Origin: Bigelowiella natans CCMP2755
Taxonomy: Eukaryota; Protista; Cercozoa
NCBI GenBank assembly: GCA_000320545.1
Contig: ADNK01003276.1
Span: forward strand, 115,315 to 179,314
DNA length: 64,000 nucleotides
Direction: 5' to 3'
Program-made: the position numbers and the translations under genes
Shown: in pieces, positions 40,076-54,177 of the stretch
Position numbering within the stretch: position 1 is the first letter of the stretch
How the letters are laid out: the number at the start of each line of letters is the position of its first letter
The notes under the pieces: model-generated
Seen by the model: the letters and a program-made list of their open reading frames with translations, nothing else
Database searches by the model: none
Told to the model about the DNA's origin: nothing

Positions 40076-43000
40076 TCATGAATTCCGATTCCTGAGGCTC
40101 TGCTGAGAATTTCGTCCAGAATTTGAGGAACCTCTGCCAGAATCTAGATTTCCGGTTCCAGCACCGGCTGTAACAGTGGATCCTCTAATCGAATCCAACA
40201 TTCCAGCGATTGCTCCCATCGAGTTGACTGGACTATCGCGATCGGATGATGCAAGGTGAACCATTCTTTCTCTTGTATCTTTATCAGGCCTGTCAACAAC
40301 TGTTTTTTTGTGACTTCTACTTCTCGGCGATGAGCCTGCTGCTGCTAGTAAACTATGCCGGGATTGTGGTCGTTTCGATGAAGGTTTATAATGCTGTGCT
40401 AGCTTGCTATTTACTGCTTCTCCATAATGAAAAGAATTTATTACAGTTTTTATCTTCGATCTCCATAGGTGTTGCGTCTCTTTTGATGTGAATGCAAGTA
40501 CAAAGCAGCGAGGTCGCCAATTCATTTGATCCCCCTTTGTCCAAAGCAGCGCAAGGACAAAAAGAGGAAACGGGTGTGATTTTGGGGGCTCAAAAGCAAA
40601 ATCAGCAGGGATATCGGTAAATACTTTACAAGAATGTGTTTCGAGGCACACCATAGTGCGGGGTGGAGAATTACGAATTTCCTCAGGGACTTGACCTGTT
40701 TTTATGAGGGTAGCTAAATGGCCTACAAAATAATTTGAATTCTCAAACTTGATTCAGAACAACAAATGTGATTGGATCGAAGTCCTACCTTGCAGAAACA
40801 TCAATCCTTCACTAGTAAGAATGACTGTTCGCTTCTTCCAATCTCCAAGCTTTATTAATTTTCTTGTTTTCAGAACTACACAGTTTGAGGAAAGCGATCT
40901 CTCTTCCTTTCCAATACGGAGCATGGCAAATATCGAGTTGCTCCGAAAATGCCGTTCGATTTCGTGCTTGTCTTCCTCTGTATATTCTTGTTTCAATTTG
41001 CTCTCCTGTATCTTTACAAAGCATAATTAACATTAAATTTAGAGTGCAGTCTTACTGTTAACATTCTTTTCTTACTGAGTCATAGCGTTGTTTCATCATT
41101 GTGATTGACTTCTTCTTTTTGAGGAAAGCAGACTCAAACTCAAGGTTAACTTTCTTAATTGCTGTCAGAAAGTTGCTGGGAAATGGCCTACCTTCCACCA
41201 TGCTGCGCGATAGAACATAGAACCAGTATCACATCAAACTACAATATATTCAAGTTGAACGGATGAGCTTCAACCTTTCTAACTGAAGGAACCCAACATC
41301 ATCTTGAAACTTTCCATCTATCATCCACTCTCGAGCCTCGATTTTTAAAGTACTTGCCCGCACACCGAATATTATCTCGAGATTATGATGCACCACACCT
41401 AAATACAGATACTATGTGTTTATGTGAGATTGACCTACGGTAGTATATTTTACTACATGTGCTAAGGTCAACAAAAGCAAAGACGTCATTCTTGCTCCCC
41501 TTTTCCCAGTCATCCTTCGACTTGTAGAAGTACAATCCTTTTTCCACGATTACAGCTAGATGTTTTCCCTGTGTGAAAAGCAAGTGGGAATTTCATTGAA
41601 TTTCTCTGCAGGAAGAATAACCCCGTCGTAAATAATCGATGGAGAAAAAGGCATACCAAACTTCGCTTTCCGGCATGCAGGTACACATTTAGCCTTGTAA
41701 CTGTCTTATTTGAAGTTACAGCAGAACGCGCTTTTTTGAATGCTCTCGTGATTCGAGCGGTATTTATTGCAGCCATTAATCGAGTTGTTTGGGACTGATG
41801 TACAGCATTTAGTTATTTATCCAAATTAAATGAAATTCTTTTCAATCAAAGTTTCACCCTAACAAGCCGAGACCTTAGCAAATTGCCCATTAACCGGTTT
41901 GAAAAGATAAAATGGTCCTAAAACAGTCATTGAGAAAATTCAGTATCCAATTTCTTAATGATCCATGAAGATCCTGTGTTACCTCTTTTGTAAGTCTCTT
42001 TCTGTCACAGATGGACGCACGAGCACATCCTTCTTCGTCGCTCTCCGCATCATCTACCCATATTTCATCTTCATAATACTTCGTTATTATATTCAATGAT
42101 ACCTAATATAGTAGAACATCGGGTTCAGCCACAGAAAGAAAATATATTTCTACGATAATCTGATTTACAATTTCTCGGAATTCGTTCCAAATATTTGTAC
42201 GATCTTTAAGTGGGTAAACTTCTTCAATAATCCAAAATTGAAAACTTTCTCTGGTGGCACAAAAGAAGGGATGAGACTCAATATGTATGTTAACAATTAT
42301 TTAACATTACAAAAATTCTCATATTATTAATTTGCAATTTACCCGATGAGAGCCCCGATCTTGAGCATAATTTGCGCTTTATGTGAAAGCCGGTCAACTT
42401 GCCGTGATATAAGCAATCTAACACTGCGTGGACATCGCACATTTCGCTTAAGGTGCTCCCAGTTTATTTCTTTTCGCAACTTCACGACTCCTGCTTCAAT
42501 GGTAAATAGTCTCTCCCCCTCTTCGAGAATGTAAACGAAGTCACGAATTATGTTTGGGTTGCCATGAGCCTCCTAGAATATGACAGATGAGAATTACAAA
42601 CATTTAAAACAGAATAAATGGCGTGGTTCTACAGTTGCACCTGGATAACAAAATGCGCTAATTCTGGAGGACAATCGTTTACCCTTAGCGACTGGCATAC
42701 GATTCGATAAATCACATCATCAGGGAGCGGTTCAAGGCGGACCAGAGTTGTCTCTGGCATGCCTTTCAATTTTTCAAACCAGGGTCTTGGATCCTGAATT
42801 TTGGACACATTATGATGTTTGCATTTTTGTTAAGAGTAGGAAACTTACCTTCGCATAAGTTGCGCAATAAGAGACTGTCATCGGCCGAGTTGTTATCAGT
42901 ATGAACAAGGGAAGCGATTCCACACTGTTTGCGAGCGATAGTAGGAGCTTCCACGAGTGTTCGTTGAGAAAAATTACATCGTCCATAATTAATATCATCA

Positions 43001-45487
43001 CCTCTTCACCGTGTCTTTTCTCTTTACAATAGTGTGTAATGATTGCTACCGCGATATCAACACATACTTTAAGTTTCTCTTCCACATCTAGGGCTTCTAC
43101 CTCAGGAGTTTCTTCAATCACAATAGGCATGACCTCATTTAGCACTGCTGCGAAAGCTTTCGGAATTCCAGCCTCCTTCATAATCTTAAAAATTGAGTGG
43201 GTTATCTCCTTAAAGTCACCCATATCCATAGGATCTACGATCTTCATCAGCAACGGGCGAAAACAAGATAGTCCCGTTGTCACATTGAATCCATGCGCTT
43301 TGACATAGAACAAAGTGGCCCTTGATTTCCACATGTAATGAACACGGGCACACATTCTCGTCTTTCCAAGTCCAACCTCTGCATAAATTGCTACAATATG
43401 ACCTTTTCCATTGATTGCCTTTCGAATAAGCTGATCTATAGCCACGATTGTCTCTTGAAATATCTTCGGCTCAAACTGAAAACTTGACATTGATAAACGA
43501 GGGTTGGCACGAGAGCTTTGTACCTCAGAAAGAAGCATTTGCTGCGGATTGAATGACCCCGAAGCAGAAAGTGAAAAGGACATTTTTCGTGCAAAGCTAT
43601 TAGCCATTGCCTGATGCTTGTGCTTCTTCTTCTCTGATGCGATTTTGCTATTTTTGCTATTTTTGCTATTTTTGCTATTTTTGCTATTTTTGCTGCCAAA
43701 ACTATCACTGACTCGTTCTGACTTCTCGATGAATCTAATATTATCATCCTCAGTATCACGCCTCTGCAGCTGTGTGGGCGTGTCGTACCTGTCTCCATTT
43801 GTGTGATGCGTTGGGCGCGTGAACTCTCCCACATGCTCTTTGGCATAAGGATGGAATATTTTAATTGGTTTCTTTATTCCTTTTACTTTAATCTTCCCAA
43901 GTGAATAAAACTTAAGATCTTGACGGGTAATGTGCCATGTCGCTCCATCACAAATAACTCCTCCACGCTTTTTTTTGGAGTGTGTCATTAATCTGGCTGC
44001 CAGGTTGACACAATTGCCAAGAATTGAATACTCTCTACGAGATGGGTTTCCTATTATACCGCAAAATGCTAAGCCGGTAGTCACCCCTACTGATGGATAC
44101 AGATTCTTCTGGATTTTCAGCTCGGTACAAATTTGCATGGCTGCAAACAAAGCTCTCAATGGGTCATCCTCATGAGAAAGAGGCGGCAGCCCAAAAACAG
44201 CTATGAGGGTCGAACCTTTGTCATCCATTAGAAACTTGTTTATTGATCCCTCGTACTGATAGACTGCATTCTGAACAATATAAAGGATACTATGCATCCA
44301 GTGTAGATCTTCTTCTGTGGAAAGGCTTGTGAGTTTTTGCTCCGAGATGCCAAGATTGACAAAAAGGACTGTCAGGTCTCTAGTTTCTGCAGCCCAAAGC
44401 TCCTCGTGAGTCTCTACATAGGGTCTTACTGCAGCAGGTTCATATAAAAGGACTCGCTCGCGGACGTAATCTAGGTCCATTCCTTCCAGAATGCTCGACA
44501 TAATGTGCTTTATTGATGTTTTTCGTATTTCCTCTTTACATCGCTGGATACAGGCAAAACGATCGTTTTTGAACTTAGCCTCGAAAACATCGCTAACTAG
44601 ATCGAATGCTTGCGGGCTCATAATGACTTGCTCGTCGTCCCGCTTGGCATCCGCATGGTTCTCTGCCTGGAACGCTTGAGCCAACGCTAGCCCCGTTGGA
44701 ACATACTCTAGTCGATTGAATAGTCCCCCTAGATGTAAGATCGATATTTTACCCACGCCAATTCCAACCTGAGATTAAATTATTGGAAAATTGACAGATA
44801 TAATATAAATTTGCATCAGATAGTTTTCACCTTTACATTGAGTGACTTTTTTACTCCTTTCAAGTCGATTTTAAAACCCTGACATTGAGCTTTTATCTGC
44901 ATAGCACACTGCCCTGCCCGCTGAAATTAAGATCACCGGACGTTAAAAAGGGACTCTAAGGTGAGTGTTACTTCGAAAGAATCAACGCATAAATAGCATA
45001 CTGTTACCTGCACGAGAGTTCTAAGAGTATCAGCGTTTTCATTTTTCTTCGGGCGGGGCCAAAGAACAATCATGGCGTCTCCAGCAAACTTAAAAATATC
45101 TCCGCCTTGGGATCCAATCACGCGAATAATCCTCACGAAATATTGATTTAAGTGTTTATGCAGAAGTTCGTGGCCACCTGAAGAAAATAAGCTCGAAATG
45201 GGATACTCATATTCATATTCTTAAGTTTGTTTTACGGTCTGGATCATAAGCAGCCAGGGATTCAGATAAGCTTGTGAAGCCTGAGATGTCTGCGAATAGC
45301 ACTGCCGTCTCATAGCTTTGGCGAAAAGGGGGGGTGATTTTTATTTTCCTGAAGGAACACTGAATTACTGAATTACACTTTTAAACTGGTAACGATTATG
45401 ACATTACCCTTCATAAAGCTCTTTGAAATGTCTAACCAAAGTCGAGGGAACATATGAACAGTGTCCTGCAAGCTCTGTACTTGTCAT
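40076..45487 (-). CDS. ADCY10: Soluble (ADCY10/sAC-type) class III adenylyl cyclase: two cyclase domains, STAND/AAA NTPase, two PH-like domains
   Basis: SYVP; VLFADISGFT; GGDIFKFAGDA; INKFLMDDKG; FGLPPLSHEDDPLRA; RREYSILGNCVNLAARLM; IKVKG; P-loop AEVGLGKT; ILIMDD. C-terminal PH-like segments GLYFYKSKDDW and LIKLGDWKKRTVILTSEGLMF...FVLAFTSKETQHLWRSKI. Start may lie further upstream. Confidence 0.88.
43644..43694. repeat. 9-bp in-frame coding tandem repeat (SKN)x5 in the cyclase-NTPase linker
   Basis: (tttgctatt)5 plus a partial unit; reads SKNSKNSKNSKNSKNSK on the minus strand. Confidence 0.9.
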
Positions 45488-46562
45488 GCCGTTGATGCGT
45501 AGAAGGGCTGTTTGATGACAACTAAATTTAATAGACAACTTTGATGATCATGTGAGTGCTGAGAGTGCTGAGTGTTGAGTGCTGAGATCAATATCAAATG
45601 TAGTTTATGTAATGTATATTAGCCATAATTAATATGATGATTCCTAAACAAGAAAGATGTGTTAACCAACCTTAGTTAAGTGGTTAATTTGTCCACAAAG
45701 TGTACGAGACAGATTCTAAGTGGAAGTCCTGGCCGCGCTCTCGTGTGTGTCCACCATTGTTGCCTGTTGTCTTTTCTCGCGATATTTTATTTCAGCTGTG
45801 ACAATTCCGGACCAAATACTTGGGAGTTTCACCGTACGACAATAATAATAGCCGAGTATATCTTAATTTAGCCAAATAATCAAATGCCAAGGGAGCATAG
45901 TTCAAAACGTGGGGATAAGCCATAAATTCGACTTGCTTTCTAGTTGTCGTATAACGTTTTCCCGCATGATTCGCACTTTAAATATTTTGCGGGAAAAAGT
46001 CTTCGTTCTTTCAATGGAGATTCGTAGGTATTGATTTGTTGCATTTTATTTCTTCTTGTTCCTTCTCTTGGTAGTAAAGGTTGTTGTAAAGGTTGTTGCC
46101 TTGCTTATTCATTATTACGACTAATAATCTAATTACTTATTACATAGACAGATGTTAGCATATTTTCGTACCATTTGTCTTTTGAGAATATTGTTTTATA
46201 TGATGTAATAAAAAATATCTTAGATATAATCGGTTTAATAATTATTCTAATTTTTTTTCTGAGAGAATAGAAGGCCGAATAGAATCGATAATCTGTGCCC
46301 CTAAGTTCCACAGCGAACCCCAGAGCTCATGCGGGGACGACGGGGGAGAGGCAGAGGAGGGAGAAGGTATAGATTTGAGGCTTTTGAAATGGGGAATCGG
46401 TATTGTTTCAGGCTCGAAAATTAGCATGTTTTTCCTGGCAGACAGCAGGGCAAGGTAGTGGGTGATGTATTCTGTTGTTCATTGTTGTTATTCAGATCTC
46501 GGCTCCCTCCTCTTAACGACGGGGGGGGGAAATCGGATAAGAAAAAGCTAGAGAGAAGAGGA

Positions 46563-47868
46563 ATGGATTCCGACTTTCAAGCCCCTGTCACTTACCCGGT
46601 CGGTATAAAAACAATTTTGCCTCCTCCTCGGTAAAGAAGAGAGCAATGCGAGTAGTAATTCACTGCCATATGTACGTGCCGTTGGCAGGCCAGGAACGCC
46701 CTCGAGTACATGCAAATATCACCAGAAGATTTGGTATCAAATTCATTGTTTTATCCGTAAATGCTCCTTCTTCCATACATAAGGAGGGCTTGTTTTCTAT
46801 TCCTAACCAATGGATACTACCATAAACAGAAAGTGACAGAGGCGATGCGGAAACTAGACGAAGAGATGGAGAAATCCGGGTACAGGATCCCTGGAACTTC
46901 CTACGATACCCTTTTACGAGGTAAATAACTCCAAAATTGATTCGTGCCCGAGGGATCATAGTCCGCAATGTCTATCTTAGATCGATTAGAAAACCTTAAT
47001 GCGCTGCACGGAAAGAAATCAAATGGTGTCAGAAAGTCATTGATGGAGGAACTTCCCAGTTTATCGCCATCCATTTTTCCAGCAGAGCTTATTCGAGGAC
47101 TCAAGCTAAAGAAAAAAAAAAATGCTTACGGTTTACACTCCCTCCTCCACAAAAAATGGATGTACTACGAGGAGGAAGTTGTCCTTCTATTGTCACCTTC
47201 TTATTGACACATATTACCGAAATTCTACCGAAGAACACATATTAGAACCTCTGATAATGACGGGAAAATGACTGTGCTGTATACAGAGGAAGAGGGATCA
47301 GGATTTATGTCAAGCGACTTCATTTCGCACAGCCTTGCTGCGGGTAAGAGAAGGAGGAAGAGAGAAAGAGAGAGAGACGGGGGGGGAGATCATGATGGTA
47401 TTATTGAAGTACTCCAACAGCCAGTAAGACGTATCTACACTTCGTTTGATCGCTATACATATTCTGCATATTCACTACAGTGGGAGATGAAGAAGATACC
47501 CAGTTAAACAAGGACGATGAGAGGATATATGATGACAAGGCAAGTCTCAATACTTTTTGCAATGAGATCAAATCAATTAAGTTACTGTGTGAAAAAGAAG
47601 AATCCAATCTCAATCATTACCATGAAATCAATTAAGTTACTGTGTGAGAGAGAGAAGAATCCAATCTCAATCATTACCATACAGGCAGATGAAGGTGATG
47701 AAGGAGGGGACGACTACAATGCGATGCGTTTCATAGGAGCTGAGACTGGTGGCGACGACGATGGCGACGCTTTTGGCGCCGATGATGGTTATCTTGTTCT
47801 CATATTACATTTCTTTCTTACCTTTAAAACTTGAACGTATTCGTTTATCAGACGAAATACTGCTTTGA
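46563..47868 (+). CDS. RPC31: Probable RNA polymerase III subunit Rpc31/RPC7
   Basis: MDSDFQAPVTYP; IFPAELIRGLKLKKKK; acidic C-terminus DEGDEGGDDYNAMRFIGAETGGDDDGDAFGADD|DEILL*, typical of the Rpc31 family. Confidence 0.6.
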
Positions 47869-48818
47869 CAACATTGATAACTCGGCTGCTGGTGAACACA
47901 TGAATTTGTGTCGGCTGGCAAATGGTTGATATGCGCGAGAAGTGAATGAATTTAGGAGATTTTACATAGTAAAGAGCTGTAACAATACGGTGGAAATCAT
48001 GCTCCAAAGTAAGCATGTATTATGTGATGAAATTTGCCAAAAACAATGTTAGACTCTGCTGTGAGAAAAACATGGGAAGTAGTATGTATGCGGTGCTAGG
48101 GTGTACCGCGATATCGATATGTTTAGCGCTTGTTTGCAAGGTTGAATGTTACGTTAAGCATGCAGTCTTTCATACAGCTTGTTCAGGGCTATGACCCATG
48201 GACAAAATGATGCAAATTTGCATACAGCAGCATCTCTAGATCTAGGAAGCATCAATGACTAGATGACGTCAAAATAGTAAATAAGGCTTAGCTAGATTGC
48301 AAATGTCATTTTCATGCCAATATGTGAAGGATGTGATAATCTGCGTCATGAGCATGCTGTGTGCATATTGCCGCGTGCGTCTATCAGAGGAGGGCTGTAA
48401 ACGGGTTGCTAGCGTGCATTATTAGGCGTACTAGCGTGTATTCAGCACATGGGTCATCAATGTCAAGGAATAAAGAGAGGACCCACAGTGCATGAACCGT
48501 GCGCACCATGCTAGCATAACTGAGAACGCATGCGTACTGCTCCTTGCGTTTTAATTTGGCCGCAGCCTCTGGATCATAATATCTACATTTGTGCATATTT
48601 ACGCAGTGGAAAGTGCATGGTTTAATGAAAGCTATCAGCATATGAGTGAATATGATGATTTGATCATGCGTCGAACCCACTAGACTCTTCCATCCATCCC
48701 ATCCAAGAAGCCTCCCCATGCACCCTGTGTGGTATACATTTTGTTAAATGCACGTTTTGTCTAAGAAAGATTCTTTTTCTTTTAGTTCAACTAGGCCGAA
48801 ATCTTGGCCACATCATAA

Positions 48819-51800
48819 TTACGAATAACATCGAATGCTAACCTTGTCAACTGGTATTGTTTGAGCAAATCTCTGCCAGTTAGGGCTCCCTTTCCCTACA
48901 AAAGCAACCGTTAGACGAGAAGGACGCACGGTAACTACAACGATGTGTAGTGCACCATTAAGCTTACCACTAGATCGAACCCTTCCATCCTTTCGTAGTG
49001 ATATCCACACCATAGCATCCTGATTAACGCTAGCTTCCTCTTTTTGTTCCCCAATCCATCTCTGCCATTCTTCATTTCGCACAGGTTTCACTGACACATA
49101 GTGATAGAGGAGATGAGGAGGAGCAAGGACAGAATGTGTATGCATTAAAACAGTACAGGATCGTTTTTGTAAGAAAGAGAGGGAATGGATATATCACCCA
49201 TGAACGGCTTTTCGTTGTCTGTGAGTTTTTCCCCACGCCTTAAGCACAGTTGCAGCGATGAATAGGAAAAAGAAAAAGAAAAAGAAGTAATAGCATTGGT
49301 CATCACGATGATAGAGGAAGTGGTGGTAGCAAGTGGTGGTGGTAGCAAAAGTATTTCTACAATGGCTTTAATCATAATCCCGTTGGTTTTCTAAACTCTT
49401 CCCGTTGCTCTTTTGGTGGGACACTGTTACTGCTATTTACTAATACTGCTACTACCTATAATTCTCACGAACACTGTTATAATCATCATCATTATTATTA
49501 TTATTATTATCATTATTATTAAGCGTGCATATACCAGGAGAGCCAGTCTATTGTTTCGCTGCTGCCATCATCCTCAGTATTGCCAGCAGCAGGTGAGTCT
49601 TGTCTGTCGTCATACATTACCATCATCGTGAGCATAATCCATTATCTCCTCATCATCATCCTCATCACATAGATGCTACCAAGTCCGTATACATCAGGCC
49701 TTTATTCTTCCTGGCCATTTTTCATTATTTTTTCGAAACACAAATTCGGCAAGATAGATCTATGAGAAATTACATGACTGGGACAACGATCACTGCCCTT
49801 TCCTGATATACAGCAGCAGAGGCAAGGAATAATATTATTTCGAGATGAGTTCTTCAGCTCTGACTTCAGGAAGGAAGCCGTGAAGAAGGTAGAGCAGAGA
49901 TAAGAGATTACTGCTGCGATTGGTGCCACCATGAATATATAGTCCAACACGTAGCTTTCATTACCATCATATTCTTCTCACTCTTCTCTTTATTTCTGTC
50001 ATCGTTTGTATTTCTAGCTCAAATTCGTTTTCAGAGCGTGTCTCGCTCAACAGCACGAATTCCATCCCAACAAACACCAACCAACCAACCGACCGATAAT
50101 TCTGTTCTCCATTCTTCAGCAGCTTTCACAGACGTTGCAAGCTACATCAAACAACAAAACAGGAAGATGTGGTAGTGGTAGTGGTAGTAGTAGTAGTAGT
50201 AAAAGTATAGTTGTAAGTGGCATGGTGGTCGTTGGGATTTGCAAACACTTAATTGTTATGGGGGATAGGAGGAGTAGGCTTTTGATGCATTCATTGACCT
50301 CAGAACTCCCTGCGCTTACGATCACCAGTCTAGCAAAACCTAGGTAATAAAACAATAATTCGATGCAAAATTGTTCAAGGTCCCTCGTCATGTAGTAGGG
50401 AATAGCAGCAGCAGCAGCAGCAGCAGCACGTTTTGTATTAAGTCATTATTGTTTTTAGTTGTAGATATCCTCTCTACTGTTATCATATACATATTCTAAC
50501 TATATTGTTGCTCTCCTTTTACTATTTGGCATGTTGTCTGCTGTAAGAGAGTGGTCATATCGACAACAATGCTGCTGCTGCTGCTGCTACTACTACTACT
50601 ACTACAACCTTGGATATCCTGTAATTGAGCTCTTTTCCCGCTAGGCAACTCGATCACCAACTGAGATAAAACTTCTTCCCTATGCAGTTAAAATTTTGAT
50701 TTCTATTTTATGTGCGTCCGAGTAATAATAGTATTAATAGCAATAATAATAACAACAATAATGTCGTATGATATTGTATCCTAAGAAATATATAGATTAT
50801 ACATAAAGTTCACGAATTTACCTTTCAAATTTTTGTAATCGTTTTGCTTCCTGTGAACGCTCCCTCAGGAAGATGCTGTTTTCCATGTATTAAAGGAGGG
50901 GGTTGCGAGGACAAGTAGTAAAATCAGCACTTTGTGTAACTTAGACCGCCGTCTGAGTAGTCTAATTTTATATGTTTTCAAAATTACCCTGCAAGAACGC
51001 CAAGGCAGGCAAGATCGATTCCTATGGGAAAAAGAAAAAGAACACTTATCTCAGGAAACTAGACGGGGTGAAGGAGGAGGAAGAAGAAACCTAGTGTTTG
51101 TGCTGATTGCTCAACCGTATCAGCCCCAGGTGCATTTGCAATAGATGCAGCTAGTCGGGACATAGCTACAAGAGATGCTACACCGGCTTGCGCAGAGAAC
51201 GCAGCCGCCCTATTATATATAACAACGAAACCAATTATGATGATGATGAGGATGATGATGATGATGAGGATGAAGATGATGACACAGATAGAACAAAAAA
51301 AGATGACCATGACATCTATGGTTGAAATTATACAATAATCATTGAACTACATTAAGCAAGATGCTGTTATGGTGAATGAGACTCACCCCCAAAGCCTGAC
51401 AACAGCAAATGGGTTCGCAACTTCTTGGCGGAGGCGCGCTCGATTGCTCACTGCAGAATGGAGATAACTTAGAGAACAGAAGAGGATCTCTCGTGAAAAA
51501 ATGAAAGTGTAATGTTAGAATCATTAGATCGACCCTCTCTCTCTGCCTTAGCAGTGATAATAGCAGCTTGATAACGACGTGGTGAGGACGTCGACGTCGA
51601 CGTCGATTTGTGCACACTGAAGGGACGACGATGCCCATAAGTCACAGCAGCCCCTGTTACTGCTGCTCTTGCTGCTCCTCCTGCCTTAGGATTCATAGGA
51701 GCTGCTAAATGTAGTATCGAATTTCCAGCAGTCCGACTGCTGAATCCTTTGGTGCTATGGGAGAAGGCCAGCCCTGCTGCCATTAGCAACAGGCCCAGAT

Positions 51801-51822
51801 GCACGTGTGGATGAGGAGCCAT
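48819..51822 (-). CDS. LPA1: LPA1-like (DUF3493) thylakoid PSII assembly factor with a bipartite plastid-targeting leader
   Basis: Leader MAPHPHVHLGLLLMAAGLAFSHSTKGFSSRTAG...; RARLRQEVANPFAVVRLWG (~51390-51450); hydrophobic AAAFSAQAGVASLVAMSRL; C-terminal WQRWIGEQKEEASV...ISLRKDGRVRSSG|KGSPNWQRF. Confidence 0.8.
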
Positions 51823-52073
51823 GGGTTTTGGCTTGCATCGGGGTGACGTCCTACTCCAACGCAGGCCGTTTTTAAATAAAAACACGTACAGGAGCTTTTT
51901 CTCGTTTACTAACTCGTGTCTTTGGATGCCCGTTAGTGACGGATATTCGGGACTGTCTCGTACTTTGAAATGAATCTCTGGATCATCTCAGGACGCCAGA
52001 CTCCTTAACAGTGGAAGATAACTGACAGATGATAACTGCAAAAGCCTACTGCTGCTTTGCTTTTCTCTAGTGG

Positions 52074-52112
<39 letters not shown>

Positions 52113-52116
52113 GTAG

Positions 52117-53312
52117 ATATCTGGATATTACAGACGACTCGTAGACATTGAACATAAACGACTACGACATCTGGGCTCTACAGCACCAACGTTCAAGTTT
52201 GTACGAGCATATCAACGAGAGGAGGGGGAGGAGGCGAGAGCAACAATCACTACTACTCGGAAAACAGGATGACATCTACCATCATTGGTGGCGTTTCGGT
52301 CGAGAAGCATTCTTTAATGTAAAGGCTTTAGTGACTTGTTGGCGCATTGTTTCCCTATGATTATTAAAACGACGACTTCTATCATAGGGCTCACCGCCAT
52401 TGGTTGTAGTTGATCAAATTCTCTCCTCCTATCATAGGAATCACCGTCCTCGTAGGTCATCAATTTCTCTGGGAGAACATCCATACCAAGAGACTAAGGA
52501 TGGAGGATGTATCTGCATGTCACGTAGGTCAGTCGCTACTGTTAGTTATTATCACCTAATATTGATTAAGTTCTTCGGTTATTCGTTCATTGATTCTTCC
52601 TACGCTCCCCTCCTTTACATTAATTTGTTGTCAGATATGTTCGTGTTAAATCTGTCAACGATAAGCCACAAATTCCAGCTGAAGAGCGCAAAAAGCTCAA
52701 CATCAAAAACCTACACATATATGTACCTAGGCGCAATCGTTCATATTTAACATCTTTTCTGTCGGGCCATAATGTTATCTGTTGGTAGTAAGAAATATCT
52801 GTGTTATGATTGTTGCAGGATTCTGGGTGTGGAGGGAGAATTTATAAGCACATATTGCAAGGATCTTTGTGGCTAGTTCTGACCGAGATGACGCTTTATA
52901 TCTTCCTGGTTAACATTCTTTTTGGATGGTAAGTTGTCTACAGCTGAGCATTGTTGTTGTTTCTCTGTCGTCATAGCTTCTCAACGTTGATGCTGAAATT
53001 TCTGCTGCTGCGTATGTTAAACTTGCTGTGTTGTGGGATGGTGGTGATTCTAGCATATATTGGATATTGGGAGGATGCTGTGGAGGCGTAGAAGGAGGTT
53101 TCTGGGTATCAACGTCACCAATACCACCACCACGACGACTACTACTACTACTTACTACCACTATGTACTACTACTTCTACTACTACTACTACTACCTACT
53201 GCTGCTGCTGCGTCTGCTGCTTTACGGACGCATGTATATGTGTGTGACTGATGTGGCTGAGGAGACAATAGGAGTATGTTTTGCAAAAATGATAATTACA
53301 ACTCGTACTTTA

Positions 53313-53377
<65 letters not shown>

Positions 53378-53765
53378 CTATATCTTTGCATGGTAGGACG
53401 ACTTCAACTTCTCATTCCAAACGTTCACGACCGTCGGATACGGAACGGTTAGAAGTAGCAAAATTCATTACCATCAATATCATTATCATTATCATCAGCA
53501 TCAGTTACAACAGAGCATAGATTCCCCAAACAGATAAAGCCATAGTGAAGAAAATAGTATGGCGCATAGCAACAGCTCAGCATATTATAACATATAAAAT
53601 ATGCACATAATATAAATTAATAGATAAATGTATATATATTAATATCTAAATTATATCCGTGTGAAAACGATTTACTTGATTGGTTTTGCTGTGAATGGTG
53701 TCTTTGGCTAACTCCACTATCACTTTCCCGCTGGTTCTGTATGTACTTGTGACGCATAGACAGAC

Positions 53766-53812
<47 letters not shown>

Positions 53813-53950
53813 AAGAGAGAAAAGCCCTCTATTACAACCAATACAATCATCAGCTCTCCCCTCAAGGACCAGCTATTAATACTGTTGTATTCTTTCAAGG
53901 TCATCTTGGCAAATTTGCAGCCACTACATAGAAAGTGCAATATTATGTAC

Positions 53951-53991
<41 letters not shown>

Positions 53992-54103
53992 CCTCCTTCT
54001 TGTATCTGAACTTCTCCTCTATCTCTGCGTGATGGAGTATCTCTTATATTCTATTCCAGGAATCCATAATCTTATTATCACGACGATCTTTGCTGGTCAC
54101 CGT

Positions 54104-54177
<74 letters not shown>

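Noticed and set aside
26261-45487. Apicomplexan-style P4-ATPase/cyclase fusion
   Set aside because: The cyclase lies upstream, has its own stop at 40076, is separated by the opposite-strand AP2S1 gene, and is the soluble sAC type.
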